Shown here: positions 9,765-19,742 of the stretch, piece by piece | How the letters are laid out: each line of letters opens with the position of its first letter | Numbering within the stretch: position 1 is the first letter of the stretch | Assembly: GCA_965223325.1 (NCBI GenBank) | Contig: CBDCWI010000001.1 | Span: forward strand, 864,001-928,000 | Origin: Candidatus Multivoradales bacterium | GTDB lineage: Bacteria; Acidobacteriota; Thermoanaerobaculia; Multivoradales; Multivoraceae | Direction: 5' to 3' | Length of the DNA: 64,000 nt | The notes under the pieces: generated by a model | Told to the model about the DNA's origin: nothing | The model's input: only the letters and a program-made list of their open reading frames with translations | The model's database searches: none | Program-made: the position numbers and the translations under genes

Positions 9765-12276
9765 TCAGGTCTCTGGTAGCGGCTCCGCGGCTTCGCCATC
9801 TTCAACCTGCTCGACCGGTTGGGGTTTGGCTCGCTCGTCGGGCCTCTCGTCGCGGACCTCTTTGTCCTTGTGCGGAGACTGCGCCGCCAGCTCCCAGAAC
9901 TCACGACTGCGGTCGACCGCCAGTCGCAGCAAGCTGCCTTCGGGGTAGCACTTGGCCTCTTCGTCCCACTCCCCGGCCGGCATGCCGGTGAAGAGCTCGA
10001 GAGCGTCTTCGATGCGCTCGACGGAGTAGACGTGGAACTCGCCCCGATCCGCCGCCTCGACGACGTCGGCACGCAACATCAGGTCACCAGCGTTTGCACT
10101 CGGGATGATGACTCCCTGGTCGCCGGTCAATCCGAAGCGGTTGCAGGTGTCGTAGAAGCCTTCGATCTTCTCGTTCACCCCGCCGATCGCCTGGATGTGG
10201 CCGTGTTGATCAATCGCGCCGGTCATCGCCAGGCCCTGGCGCATGGGGATGTCGGTCAGTGCCGAGAGCAGGCAACAGATCTCGGCTCCCGACGCCGAGT
10301 CGCCGTCGATACCGCCGTACGACTGTTCGAAGGCAAGCGAAGCGCTGAACGCCAGCGGGTGCGACGATTGCAGCAAGTGGCGCAAGAGACCGCCCAGGAT
10401 GTGGAAGCCCTTGGTGTGAATCGAACCTGAAAGCGAGGCACTGGCTTCGATGTCGATCAAGCCAGACCGGCCAACACCGATCGTGGCGGTGATTCTCGCG
10501 GGAAAACCATAGGTGATCGGACCGGCCTGGATGACCGCTAGCCCGTTGACCTGGCCGACGACCGAGCCCTCAGTTTCGATGCGAATGACCCGGCGGGCGA
10601 TCATTTCCTGGAACTTGCGCTGTGGCAGAGACGCGCGCTTCTTGGTGCGTCGCACGGCTCGCACGACGTGCTCCCCGGTCACCAACTTCGCCCTCCTCGC
10701 GCCGTGCCAGAAAGGCCGCCTCGCGGGCGAGATCACCGAGACGTCCGAAGCGCGCCGTCAACTTGCCTTGATGCGCCGCGATTCGCGCACCGTGCTCGGC
10801 GAGCGCCTCGACCGCGTCACGTCGAAACGGCAGCAGCTTCTCGGTGCGCGCCAGCTGCGCGATCACCTCGGCATAGTTGCGCATGCCATCCTGATCGCGA
10901 TCGATCTCGCGGTCGAAGTCCGCTAGAACTTTGAACAGCTCTTCGAAGTCGGGGTCTGCACGATCGAGCAGGTAGTAGATGTTGGCGTCGCCAATCAAGA
11001 TGACCCGTACGTCGATTGGAATCGGTTCAGGGCTCACCAGACCACGGGTGCGAAACCAAGCCAACTCGGGCGGCACGATCTCGAGCATCCCCGAGCGCAG
11101 GGTGCGCATCAAGGCGCGCCAGGCACCGGGCTCGCTCAACAGGTCGTACGCATCGAGGATCAGGAAGCCACTATCGGCGTGCAGCAGCGAGCCGGCCCGA
11201 ATGCCTGCGTGATCGGGTGGCGCCGGGCCGTCGCCGTCCCACGCCAGCTCGACTGTCCCGAGCAGAGTCGTCAAGTTGGGTGCCAGCTCAATGGAGACCG
11301 GCGGCAGACCGTCGAGCGGTGCTTCGCGCACGACGTTGACGCCATAGCGATCCGCCGCTGCAGGCAGCGGACCACTGGGCCGCACCCGGTTCTCGACGAC
11401 GTCTGCGATGACTTCGTCGAGAAAGATCTTCATCGCCGGCTGGTCGTAGTCAGCTCGAATGCGGGCAACCTGTTCGCGCACGAAGTCGCGTGCCGCGCCT
11501 TCGATCTGCGCCTGGATCTTCTCGATCCCTTCCTGCTGCACCTTGACCACTTTGACCGTCGTGTCTTCGACTTTCTGCTGGTACGCCGGTAGTTGCTCCT
11601 TGAACTTGGCGAGCACATCGGGCGGAACCTCACCGGCAGCGGTGGCCCGTTCGAGCTCTGGCGGTGGCACGGGCTTGCCTTCGACGAGCGGAAAAATGGC
11701 GCTGCGGGTCGCCTGGCCCTGCTGTACCTGGACCAGCTCGAGGCCAACGCTGCGCAGCTCCTTTTCGAGTGGCCCGGTCAACGCTTCGACCTGTTCGCGC
11801 ACCGCACGCTCCACAGCGCGACGCTCGGCAAGGTAGGCCTCGGCATCGAGCATGTTGTGCAGATCTTCGTCGACGAAGCGCGCCACTTCGCGCATCCGCC
11901 GCCTGAACAGCGGTCCCTCACCAGAGTTCAAGCGAATCAGGCGCGGCCGATCAGGCTGGTGGAAGTTATGGACGTAGCAGTGGTCATGGAGCGGCGCGGG
12001 GTCGATGACCTGATCGCGTAGTTCCTGCAGCAGCCGGGTCACCATCGTGCGGCGGCCGGTACCGCGCGGCCCACGTACGTAGACGTTCTGCCCGCGGGCG
12101 CGCGAGAGAATCGCGAACTCGAGCGCCTCGAGGGCGGTCGACTGCCCCACCACGTGGCCACTGGGGTCGAGATCGGCGGTGGTCTCGAAGTCGAAGCACT
12201 CCTTGCTGCACTGCCAGCGCAGTTCTCGAGCGGCCAGGCGTGTCTTCTCTTGTACTTCGCTGGTCATCAGAGCCAC
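9765..12276 (-). pseudogene. LonC/LonB-like AAA protease split by one frameshift near 10690 (real lesion or sequencing error)
   Basis: ORF 10570-12276 carries the AAA part (GPRGTGRRT, GSLLHADSG, FKVLADFD); ORF 9765-10736 carries the protease domain (VGQVNGL, DGDSAS, GGVNEKIEGF); removing one G from GAGGAGGGCGAAG joins them. Confidence 0.8.
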
Positions 12277-12435
12277 TCTCCCTCAGTTCCTTGTTCAGGC
12301 GCCACGATCTCACAGGTCGACGGCAGGAGCGAGGCCTGGGAATACCTGCTGCTACCGCACGTCGCCGAAACCGTGGAAGACTATCGCCGTCGGCTCGTCT
12401 CCGCATCCGGCCACCCCGTTTCCAGCTCTCTTTCG

Positions 12436-13248
12436 ATGCACAACGAACCCAGCGCCAGCGATTCCTATGGCAGCCCGCGAGCCCTGATCAGAGAACCCCA
12501 GGCCAACCCGGCCGTAGCGGGAGAACGAGCGCCCAGTGCGAACCCTCGCCCCAGGCTCTCGAAGACCCGCCACCTGCTCAACAACGAGGTGATTCTAGGG
12601 CTCAGTCGGGCGGTCTATGCGCTCACATCGCGATGCCACATCCTGGGCCGAGGGAGGGTGCCGCAGGACCACGAAGGTCTGTTACTCGCCTGCCCCCACA
12701 TTTCGCACTACGACCCAGTCTCCGTGTCGGCCCTCCTCGGTCGCCACGTCACCTGGATGGCACGCCAGGAGTTTTTCGAGACCAGCATCTCGCGCTGGTT
12801 CGTCACCCAGGCGGGCTGCTTCTCCATCGATCGCTTCGGCAGCGCCCTGCCGGGCATGCGTCGTGGCCTCGCCCACCTGCGGGGTGGCCGGTTGGTAGGG
12901 GTCTTTCCTGAAGGTGAACTGAAGTGGGGCGACGATTCGGTACTCCTGGGCGGTCCGCTCAAAGAGGGTGCAGCCCTCCTGGCACGCCGGGCCCGTGTAC
13001 CGATTGTCCCCTGCGTGTCGCTGGGCAACGGTCAATTCCGGCGCTTTGTCCGCTGGCTGCCGATTCGTTCTGGTGAGCTCTGGATCGGGTTCGGCGAGCC
13101 AATCTACCCAGACATGTCGCTTAGACCGGGCCGGGCCTCGCGCCGCGAGCTGACGAAGCGGTTGGCGGTAGCGCTCTGCGCGCTCTATGAAGAGATGCGG
13201 CAGGAGTTCGATATCCCCGAGTCGGCACGACCGCTCCACCGCCCATGA
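12436..13248 (+). CDS. Lysophospholipid acyltransferase (PlsC family)
   Basis: HxxxxD motif HISHYD, VFPEG, GAALLA, VPIVP; start uncertain. Confidence 0.85.
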   Translation: MHNEPSASDSYGSPRALIREPQANPAVAGERAPSANPRPRLSKTRHLLNNEVILGLSRAVYALTSRCHILGRGRVPQDHEGLLLACPHISHYDPVSVSALLGRHVTWMARQEFFETSISRWFVTQAGCFSIDRFGSALPGMRRGLAHLRGGRLVGVFPEGELKWGDDSVLLGGPLKEGAALLARRARVPIVPCVSLGNGQFRRFVRWLPIRSGELWIGFGEPIYPDMSLRPGRASRRELTKRLAVALCALYEEMRQEFDIPESARPLHRP

Positions 13249-13937
13249 CTGGAGCGCGGCGTCCTCGCCACAGCCGTCCGCCGCAGGACGGGTTCTATCG
13301 GTTGGTGTGTTGGATCGGCCGGCCGATCTTCAAAGTCGTCTCGCGACCGGTTGTTCTCAACCCGGAGCGCGGCGAGCTCGAGGGCGGTTGGCTCCTGGCG
13401 TCGAACCACCTGGCGCCCTACGACGTGTCGTGCCTGATCAACACGACGCGGCGACACATCGACTGGGTGAGCATTGTCGAGATGTTCAAGAAGCCGCTGG
13501 TTGGCTGGTTCTTCGGGTCCTTGAACGCGATGCCGTTAGATCGCAGTCGCACCGACGGGGTGACGGTTCGCACAGTGATCGAGCGGTTGAACGCCGGCCG
13601 GGTGGTGGGTATCTTTCCGGAGGGCGGGCTGCGGAGACTCGAGCAGTCGGTGATCTCGGGTGGGCGTTTTCGCTCGGGTGTTGGACGGATGGCCCAGATG
13701 GCCAACGTGCCGATCGTCCCGGTGGCAGTGCTTGGCACCGAGGCGTTCTCGAACCCGCTGGCCTGGCTGCCACTTCGGCGCACGCGCTACGGCGTAGCCT
13801 ACGGGGAGCCACTTCTCATTCGCGAGGAGCTGAACGAAAAGGAAGCGCGGCACGAGATCGAGGAGCGCTGGCGAGACGCGGTAGTGGCATTGGCTGGGGA
13901 GTTGCAAACGGCAATGGAAGGGGCTCTCCAGGACTAG
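13245..13937 (+). CDS. Lysophospholipid acyltransferase (PlsC family), second tandem paralogue
   Basis: NHLAPYD, IFPEG, VPIVPVAV; ATGA overlap with the preceding gene. Confidence 0.9.
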   Translation: MTGARRPRHSRPPQDGFYRLVCWIGRPIFKVVSRPVVLNPERGELEGGWLLASNHLAPYDVSCLINTTRRHIDWVSIVEMFKKPLVGWFFGSLNAMPLDRSRTDGVTVRTVIERLNAGRVVGIFPEGGLRRLEQSVISGGRFRSGVGRMAQMANVPIVPVAVLGTEAFSNPLAWLPLRRTRYGVAYGEPLLIREELNEKEARHEIEERWRDAVVALAGELQTAMEGALQD

Positions 13938-14009
13938 AGGTGGCGACTGGTTGGTCGGAGTTGCCTGGCTCGAGGTGGAGTCGGCGCAGAGGGCCTCTGC
14001 CCAAGGGTC

Positions 14010-14819
14010 CTAGCTCTCTCTGCGGCAGACGAACGCGACCTCGTCACCTGGCACGAGACCGAGGGCCCTGGCTTGTGGGCCGGCGACCTGGCAGAGGTCG
14101 ACGGCTTCTACCCGGTCGAAGGCGCCGGCCAGACGGTCTTCGACTTCGAGGCCGTAGTCGCGGTAGTGGCCGTTGTTGCTGAGCTCCGGGAAATCGATCG
14201 TCTGGTGACGGGTCCAGACTCCGGGGATGGTGATGACGGCGATGCCACCGGGCTTCAAGATCCTCGCAAGCTCAGACATTGCCGCAACGTCGTCGGGCAC
14301 GTGCTCGAGGACGTGGTTGGTGAGGGCGACGTCGTAGATGGCGTCTTCGAAGGTCAGTGCCTGGATGTCCTGGCGTGGATGATCTACGTCTTCGAGGAAG
14401 TAGTCGGAGGTTTCGTAGTCACCTGCCAGGTCTTCGAGCAGCGGACCGAGGACCGGCTCAGGGGCGAAGTGGATGATGCGCGGTGCTGTAAGGGGCGCCA
14501 GGAGCTGGCGGTAGAGAATCGCGAGGCCTCGATGGCGCTTCCGAGAGTCGCACCGCGGGCAGGCGGAGTGCCAGGAGATGCGTAGCTCGTTCGACGAGTG
14601 GGAGAGGTGCTTGAGCTTGTAGTCGCAGAGATTGCAGAAGTACCTCTTTCGTCTTCGCGCCTGCCCCACCATATTGGCTCCCTCAGAGACGAGGAAGTTC
14701 GACGCCGAGCGGAACTCGCCATTGCGCAAGCGCCACAACATCCCAGAGCCGAGGCGGCGGAGGGTGTGAGGCTTGCGGGCGTTTCCAGCGCCAGGATTCT
14801 TGGCGGTGGTTTGCTGCAT
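14010..14819 (-). CDS. Class I SAM-dependent methyltransferase with CxxC pairs
   Basis: CNLC and CPRC, IHFAPE, NHVLEHVPDD, RILKPGG, HYRDYG. Confidence 0.8.
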   Translation of the reverse strand: MQQTTAKNPGAGNARKPHTLRRLGSGMLWRLRNGEFRSASNFLVSEGANMVGQARRRKRYFCNLCDYKLKHLSHSSNELRISWHSACPRCDSRKRHRGLAILYRQLLAPLTAPRIIHFAPEPVLGPLLEDLAGDYETSDYFLEDVDHPRQDIQALTFEDAIYDVALTNHVLEHVPDDVAAMSELARILKPGGIAVITIPGVWTRHQTIDFPELSNNGHYRDYGLEVEDRLAGAFDRVEAVDLCQVAGPQARALGLVPGDEVAFVCRRES

Positions 14820-14822
14820 GTC

Positions 14823-17800
14823 CTACTGGCCTGGGTAGGTCCAGGCTGGGTCGGTCTCAACTGGCGGCGGTGCGAGGGTCCTGGCAGGGCCCCCTTGCAC
14901 TCTCTCGGGGCCGTGTAGGGAACAGGCGCCGTCGCGGCCGAGGAGTTCGTCGACGCGACCTGGTAAGCCCGGGTCGACCGGAACGCGGAGGCCGGAGGGG
15001 CGATGGTGGACAACCCGACCGCCGAGGCGTATTTCGAAGACGACTTCTGCGGCGGAGCCGTTGATGCGCTTCTTTTCATCGTCGAGGAGTTCGCGCAGTT
15101 TCATCAGCTCGTCCTTCATCGACGCGCCTTCGGGTTCCTCGGTCGCTTCGTTGGCCGCGCCCCTCGTTGCTTCGGGCGGCTGGAGGCCGGCGTCCTCGAG
15201 GCAAATGCGAACGCGACTGCAGAACTGAGACGGGGCATCTTCGAGGGTCACGACTTTTTCGACCAGCAGGTTGGGCTCTTCGCGGCGCCGGTCGACGGTG
15301 CCTTTCCAGAACAGAATCGCGTCTTCTTTGAGCACGTGCTCCAGCGCGAGGTAGGCCTCGGAGAACACCACGGCATCCATCTTTCCGTGGTGGTCTTCGA
15401 TGGTGAGCATGGCCATCTTTTGACCTGGGTTGCGGCCGCTTCTGGTCCGCACGACGCGCAGGTTGGTGATCATCGCACCGACGATGATTTCGCTCTTGCC
15501 TGGCAGCTCCTGGGCCTGGGCGAGGTTGGCGCTCGAGAAGTTCTCGAGCACGTCTTCGTGCTCATCCAGTGGATGCTTGCTGGCAAAGAACCCGAGGGCG
15601 GCCTTCTCGTGCTGCAACTGCTCGGCCGAACTCCAGGGCTCGACCTGGGGAAGCTCGGCGACCGCTTCTTCGGAGGTTTCATTGGCTGCGCCGCCGAACA
15701 GTGAGCTCTGGCCGCTGTCACGGTCGGCGGCGGCACGTTGGCCGTGTTTGACGACGCGTTCGAGGGCGGCGAAGAGGGTCGAGCGCATTTCCTCTCCGTG
15801 AATCGAGTCGAAGGCGCCGGCTTTCATCAGCGCCTCGACCGTCGACTTGTTGACCAGGCTCGGCGGCACGCGCTCGACGAAGTCGAAGATGCTTTGGAAG
15901 GGCCCGCCGGATTCGCGCGCTTCGAGAGTGGCCTCGACCGCCTTGGCGCCAACTCCCTTGATCGCGTCGAGGCCAAACCGGATATGGCCAGCCGAGGGTG
16001 TGACCTCTTCGCCGTCTTCGTAGACGACCTGGAAGCGATGTCGCGAAGTGTTGACGTCGGGTGGTTTGACCAGCGTGCCGCGCTCGCCGTTGGGCAACAG
16101 GACGCGCTTGCACTCGTCGAGGTAGGTGACCAGCTTGTCGGTGTTGTCGGATTCGAAGGTCAAGACCGCGGCCATGAACTGGACCGGGAAGTAGGTCTTG
16201 AGAAACGCCGTCTGGAAGGCGAGGATCGAATAGCCAACCGAGTGCGACTTGTTGAAGCCGTAGCCGGCGAACTTGAGGATGAGCTCGAACAGCTCCGCGG
16301 CTTTTCGACGTGCGAGGCCACGGGTTTCGGCGCCATCGAGGAAGCGGGCGCGGGCGGCGTTGATGGTCTCGTGCTTCTTTTTCGAGATCGCCTTGATCAG
16401 GCTGTAGGCCTCACGCAACGGGATGCCGCCGAGCTCGTGGGCGATCTGCATGACCTGTTCCTGGTACACCATGATGCCGTAGGTGTCTTCGGTGAAACGG
16501 TCGACGATCTCGTGCACCTTTGGCACTCGCGCCTCACCGTTCTTGCGCTTGCAGTAGTCGTCGATGAGGGCCATCGGTCCCGGCCGATAGAGAGCGTTGC
16601 CGGCGACCAGGTCTTCGAGCCGATCGGGACGCATCTTGAGCAGCAGGCTGCGCATACCGTCGGACTCGAACTGGAAGGTGCCGACCGTCTCGCCGCGCCG
16701 GTAGAGATCGAGCACCTTCGGATCGGTGAAGTCGATGCGGTCGAGATCGAGTGGATCGGGCGCGTTGGGCGGCAAAGGCACGGTATGGCCGAGTGCTCTC
16801 TGGACCTGCTCCTCGGAGAGCGTCTCGCGCACCAGTGCGCGCGCCCGTTCGACGACCGAAAGGGTCTTGAGCCCCAGGAAGTCCATCTTGAGCAGGCCCA
16901 TGGACTCGACGGTGGGCCCGTCCCACTGTGTCACCAGGATGTCCTTGGGACCGCTGTCGCGATTCTTCTTGTCGCTCTTCTTGGTGCCCTGCTTCGAGAT
17001 CGCTAGCGGAACCAGGTTGTCGAGGGGTTGGGTGGCGAGCACCACACCGGCGGCATGCACGCCGCTATGACGGGTAATGCCCTCTAGAGCCTGCGCGGTG
17101 TCGATGACCGACTTGACATGCGGATCGCGGCAGAGGCTCTCGAGCTCGGGTTCCTGACCGAGCGCATCTTGGATGGTGATGCCGAGCTGGTCGCCAATCA
17201 GTTTGCAGATCTTGTCGACGTCAGGCAGCGGCAGGTTGAGGACTCGACCGACATCGCGCACCGCAGCGCGCGCCTTCATCGTTCCAAAGGTGATGATCTG
17301 GGCGACGTAGCCGTACTTCTCGCGCACGTAGTCGAGGATCTCGGCGCGGCCGTCTTGACACAGGTCGATATCGATATCGGGATACTCCGACCGATCGGGA
17401 TCGGTGAAGCGCTCGAAGAGGAGGCCGTACTGCACCGGGCAGGCGTTCGAAAGACCGAGGCAGTAGCCGACCATCGTGCCAACACCGGAGCCACGGGCCA
17501 TCGCTGGAATACCACGGTTGCGTGCCTCGTTGACGAAATCCCAGACGATCAGGAAGTAGGCGCTGATGTGCTTGGAGGACAGGACCCCGAGCTCGCGTTC
17601 GAGGCGCTGGCGGTGCGCCTCGGTAACACCCTCGTCGCCATAGCGCCACACCAGGCCAGCCTCGGCGAGCTCGCGCAGGGCTGCGTCGCAGCGTTCTTCA
17701 CGTTCTTCGTGGGTGAGCTCACCGGCGGTGGTCGAATCGACCGGAACCAGACGGTAGGTCGACGAGAATCGCCGGTGCCACTCGGGTGAGCCCCGCGGCG

Positions 17801-18791
17801 CTTCCTCGATCGGAGCTGGTGGGTCGAGACGCTCGATGCCGACCACCGGTGCATGATTGGTCTCGAAGTCGAGCTCGACGTTACAGCGATCGGCGATTCG
17901 GCGGGTATTGATGAGCGCCTCGGGATGGTCCTTGAAGATCTCAGCCATCGCCTGGGGGCCTTTGACCCACAGGTCTCGCGGGTAGCGCAGGCGCTCGGCG
18001 TCGTCTTTGAGCTTGCCGGTCGACACACAGACGAGAGTGTCGTGGGTGTCCCAGTCTTCAGCGCGCAGGAAATGGGCGTCGTTGTCGCACACCAACGGCA
18101 GCGACAACTCTTCGCTCATTCGTGCCAGGTGTGGGTTGATCTCGTCCTGCTCGCGCGTTCCGTGGCGCTGCAACTCGAGAAAGAAGCGCGGCTCGCCCTT
18201 TTCGTTGGGCCCGAAGAGCTCGGCGTGCCAGCGCGCCTCGGCAAGTGCGCGCTCGTAGTAGTGGTCTTCACCCTTTTCGACGTACTGGCGAAGCCAGTAG
18301 GCGATTGACGAGCCAAGGTGTCCGTTGATTGCGATCAGACCCTCGCCCCAGGCGGTGAGAGTCTCCTTGTCCATTCGGGGTTTGTAGTAGAAGCCCTCGA
18401 TGTAGGAGTCGCTGGTGAGTTTGAGCAGGTTCTGGTAGCCGGTTTGATTCTCAGCCAACAGCACGAGGTGAAAACCACCGTCGGAGACGCCCTGGGTCTC
18501 CTTGAATCGACGATCAGACTGTTCGCGCACGACGTCGGGCGCCACGTAGGCTTCGATTCCCAGGATGGGCTTGATGCCCTTCTTCGTGCAGGCGCGGTAA
18601 AAGGAAACGGCTCCGAACATATTGCCGTGATCGGTCAGCGCTACCGCATCCATGCCGAGTTCGGCCACCTTGTCGACCAGATCTCCGATGCGGTTGCCGC
18701 CATCGAGAAGCGAGTACTCAGAGTGCAGATGCAGGTGGGTGAAGCCGGCGCGCTCGATGGCTTCCTGGGTGTTCTCGGTCAGATCGGTCAT
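14823..18791 (-). CDS. dnaE: DNA polymerase III alpha subunit
   Basis: PHP motifs HLHLHSEYSLLDG and TDHGNMFG; RGSG, PDIDID, KMDFLGL, FAGYGFNKSHS; OB-fold C-terminus. Confidence 0.97.
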   Translation of the reverse strand: MTDLTENTQEAIERAGFTHLHLHSEYSLLDGGNRIGDLVDKVAELGMDAVALTDHGNMFGAVSFYRACTKKGIKPILGIEAYVAPDVVREQSDRRFKETQGVSDGGFHLVLLAENQTGYQNLLKLTSDSYIEGFYYKPRMDKETLTAWGEGLIAINGHLGSSIAYWLRQYVEKGEDHYYERALAEARWHAELFGPNEKGEPRFFLELQRHGTREQDEINPHLARMSEELSLPLVCDNDAHFLRAEDWDTHDTLVCVSTGKLKDDAERLRYPRDLWVKGPQAMAEIFKDHPEALINTRRIADRCNVELDFETNHAPVVGIERLDPPAPIEEAPRGSPEWHRRFSSTYRLVPVDSTTAGELTHEEREERCDAALRELAEAGLVWRYGDEGVTEAHRQRLERELGVLSSKHISAYFLIVWDFVNEARNRGIPAMARGSGVGTMVGYCLGLSNACPVQYGLLFERFTDPDRSEYPDIDIDLCQDGRAEILDYVREKYGYVAQIITFGTMKARAAVRDVGRVLNLPLPDVDKICKLIGDQLGITIQDALGQEPELESLCRDPHVKSVIDTAQALEGITRHSGVHAAGVVLATQPLDNLVPLAISKQGTKKSDKKNRDSGPKDILVTQWDGPTVESMGLLKMDFLGLKTLSVVERARALVRETLSEEQVQRALGHTVPLPPNAPDPLDLDRIDFTDPKVLDLYRRGETVGTFQFESDGMRSLLLKMRPDRLEDLVAGNALYRPGPMALIDDYCKRKNGEARVPKVHEIVDRFTEDTYGIMVYQEQVMQIAHELGGIPLREAYSLIKAISKKKHETINAARARFLDGAETRGLARRKAAELFELILKFAGYGFNKSHSVGYSILAFQTAFLKTYFPVQFMAAVLTFESDNTDKLVTYLDECKRVLLPNGERGTLVKPPDVNTSRHRFQVVYEDGEEVTPSAGHIRFGLDAIKGVGAKAVEATLEARESGGPFQSIFDFVERVPPSLVNKSTVEALMKAGAFDSIHGEEMRSTLFAALERVVKHGQRAAADRDSGQSSLFGGAANETSEEAVAELPQVEPWSSAEQLQHEKAALGFFASKHPLDEHEDVLENFSSANLAQAQELPGKSEIIVGAMITNLRVVRTRSGRNPGQKMAMLTIEDHHGKMDAVVFSEAYLALEHVLKEDAILFWKGTVDRRREEPNLLVEKVVTLEDAPSQFCSRVRICLEDAGLQPPEATRGAANEATEEPEGASMKDELMKLRELLDDEKKRINGSAAEVVFEIRLGGRVVHHRPSGLRVPVDPGLPGRVDELLGRDGACSLHGPERVQGGPARTLAPPPVETDPAWTYPGQ

Positions 18792-18879
18792 GTCGGGTTG
18801 TTCATATCAGTCAGCCTGAGCGGTCGGCCTGGGAAGTGGGCCTGGGGCCAGGAACGGCGTCGGTACCGCTACCCCCAGG

Positions 18880-19473
18880 TTACCCTTCTGCCGGTTCCGG
18901 CCGGCGCGCGGATGCCGGCCTGAAGGCCACCACTCGTTCGCCATCGGTTTCGAGGTAGGGGCCGCCGATCAGATCGATGCAATACGGAATCGCCGGGAAG
19001 ACCGCGTCCAGACACTCGGCGATCGCCTTCGGTGCCCCAGGGAGGTTGACGACCAGACCAGCGCCCGCCGCGCCGTCGGCGGTTCGGTCACGGACGGCGG
19101 CGGTCTGACGGGAGAGAATGGCGGTTGCCACCTTGGCGAGCGAAACCTGGCGCATGAGCTCACCAAAGCCCGGCATCTCGCGGTCACAAACCGCCAGGGT
19201 CGCCTCCGGCGTGACATCGCGCGGGGCAGGCCCGGTGCCGCCGGTGGTCACTACCAGGCAGCACCCGTCGCGATCGATCAGCTGGACGAGCGCCTCTTCG
19301 ATCAGCGATCGATCGTCGGAAACGACGCGTGCACAGACGTCGAACGGCGGGCGCACCACGCTGTCGAAGTACGCCTGCACGGCGGGGCCGCCACGGTCTT
19401 CATACTCGCCGCGCGCGGCGCGGTCCGAAACCGTCAGCACCCCCAGTCGCGGATCACCACGGTGCTCACTCAC
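18880..19473 (-). CDS. mog: Molybdopterin adenylyltransferase
   Basis: TVSDRA, TTGGTGPAPRDVTPEAT, PGFGELMR, AILSRQ, NLPG, PAIPYCIDL. Confidence 0.92.
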   Translation of the reverse strand: MSEHRGDPRLGVLTVSDRAARGEYEDRGGPAVQAYFDSVVRPPFDVCARVVSDDRSLIEEALVQLIDRDGCCLVVTTGGTGPAPRDVTPEATLAVCDREMPGFGELMRQVSLAKVATAILSRQTAAVRDRTADGAAGAGLVVNLPGAPKAIAECLDAVFPAIPYCIDLIGGPYLETDGERVVAFRPASARRPEPAEG

Positions 19474-19742
19474 AGAGCGCTCGCTCGGCCTGGTCGGTTG
19501 ATGTTCGAACCCTGGGAACTCACGGCTCGTCTAGTTTTTCAGAGCATAGCCTCCGCGGTAGGTCAAGAGGTGGTGACACGCGATTCGAACGATCGTCGAC
19601 GCGCAACACAGAGAGCGCAACGCGCGGTGCAGCCGCAAGGAGAGCGGGCCGATTTCTCGGAAAACACGTGGACTCGCATCGACTGACCGACCGGTCGGGT
19701 TGCGCTAACCTCGACTCCCGCCCTTCAAGACGAGACGCGCTC

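Noticed and set aside
14823-18791. Intein in dnaE
   Set aside because: Insertions are short and lack intein terminal residues (C/S start, HN end) or LAGLIDADG motifs
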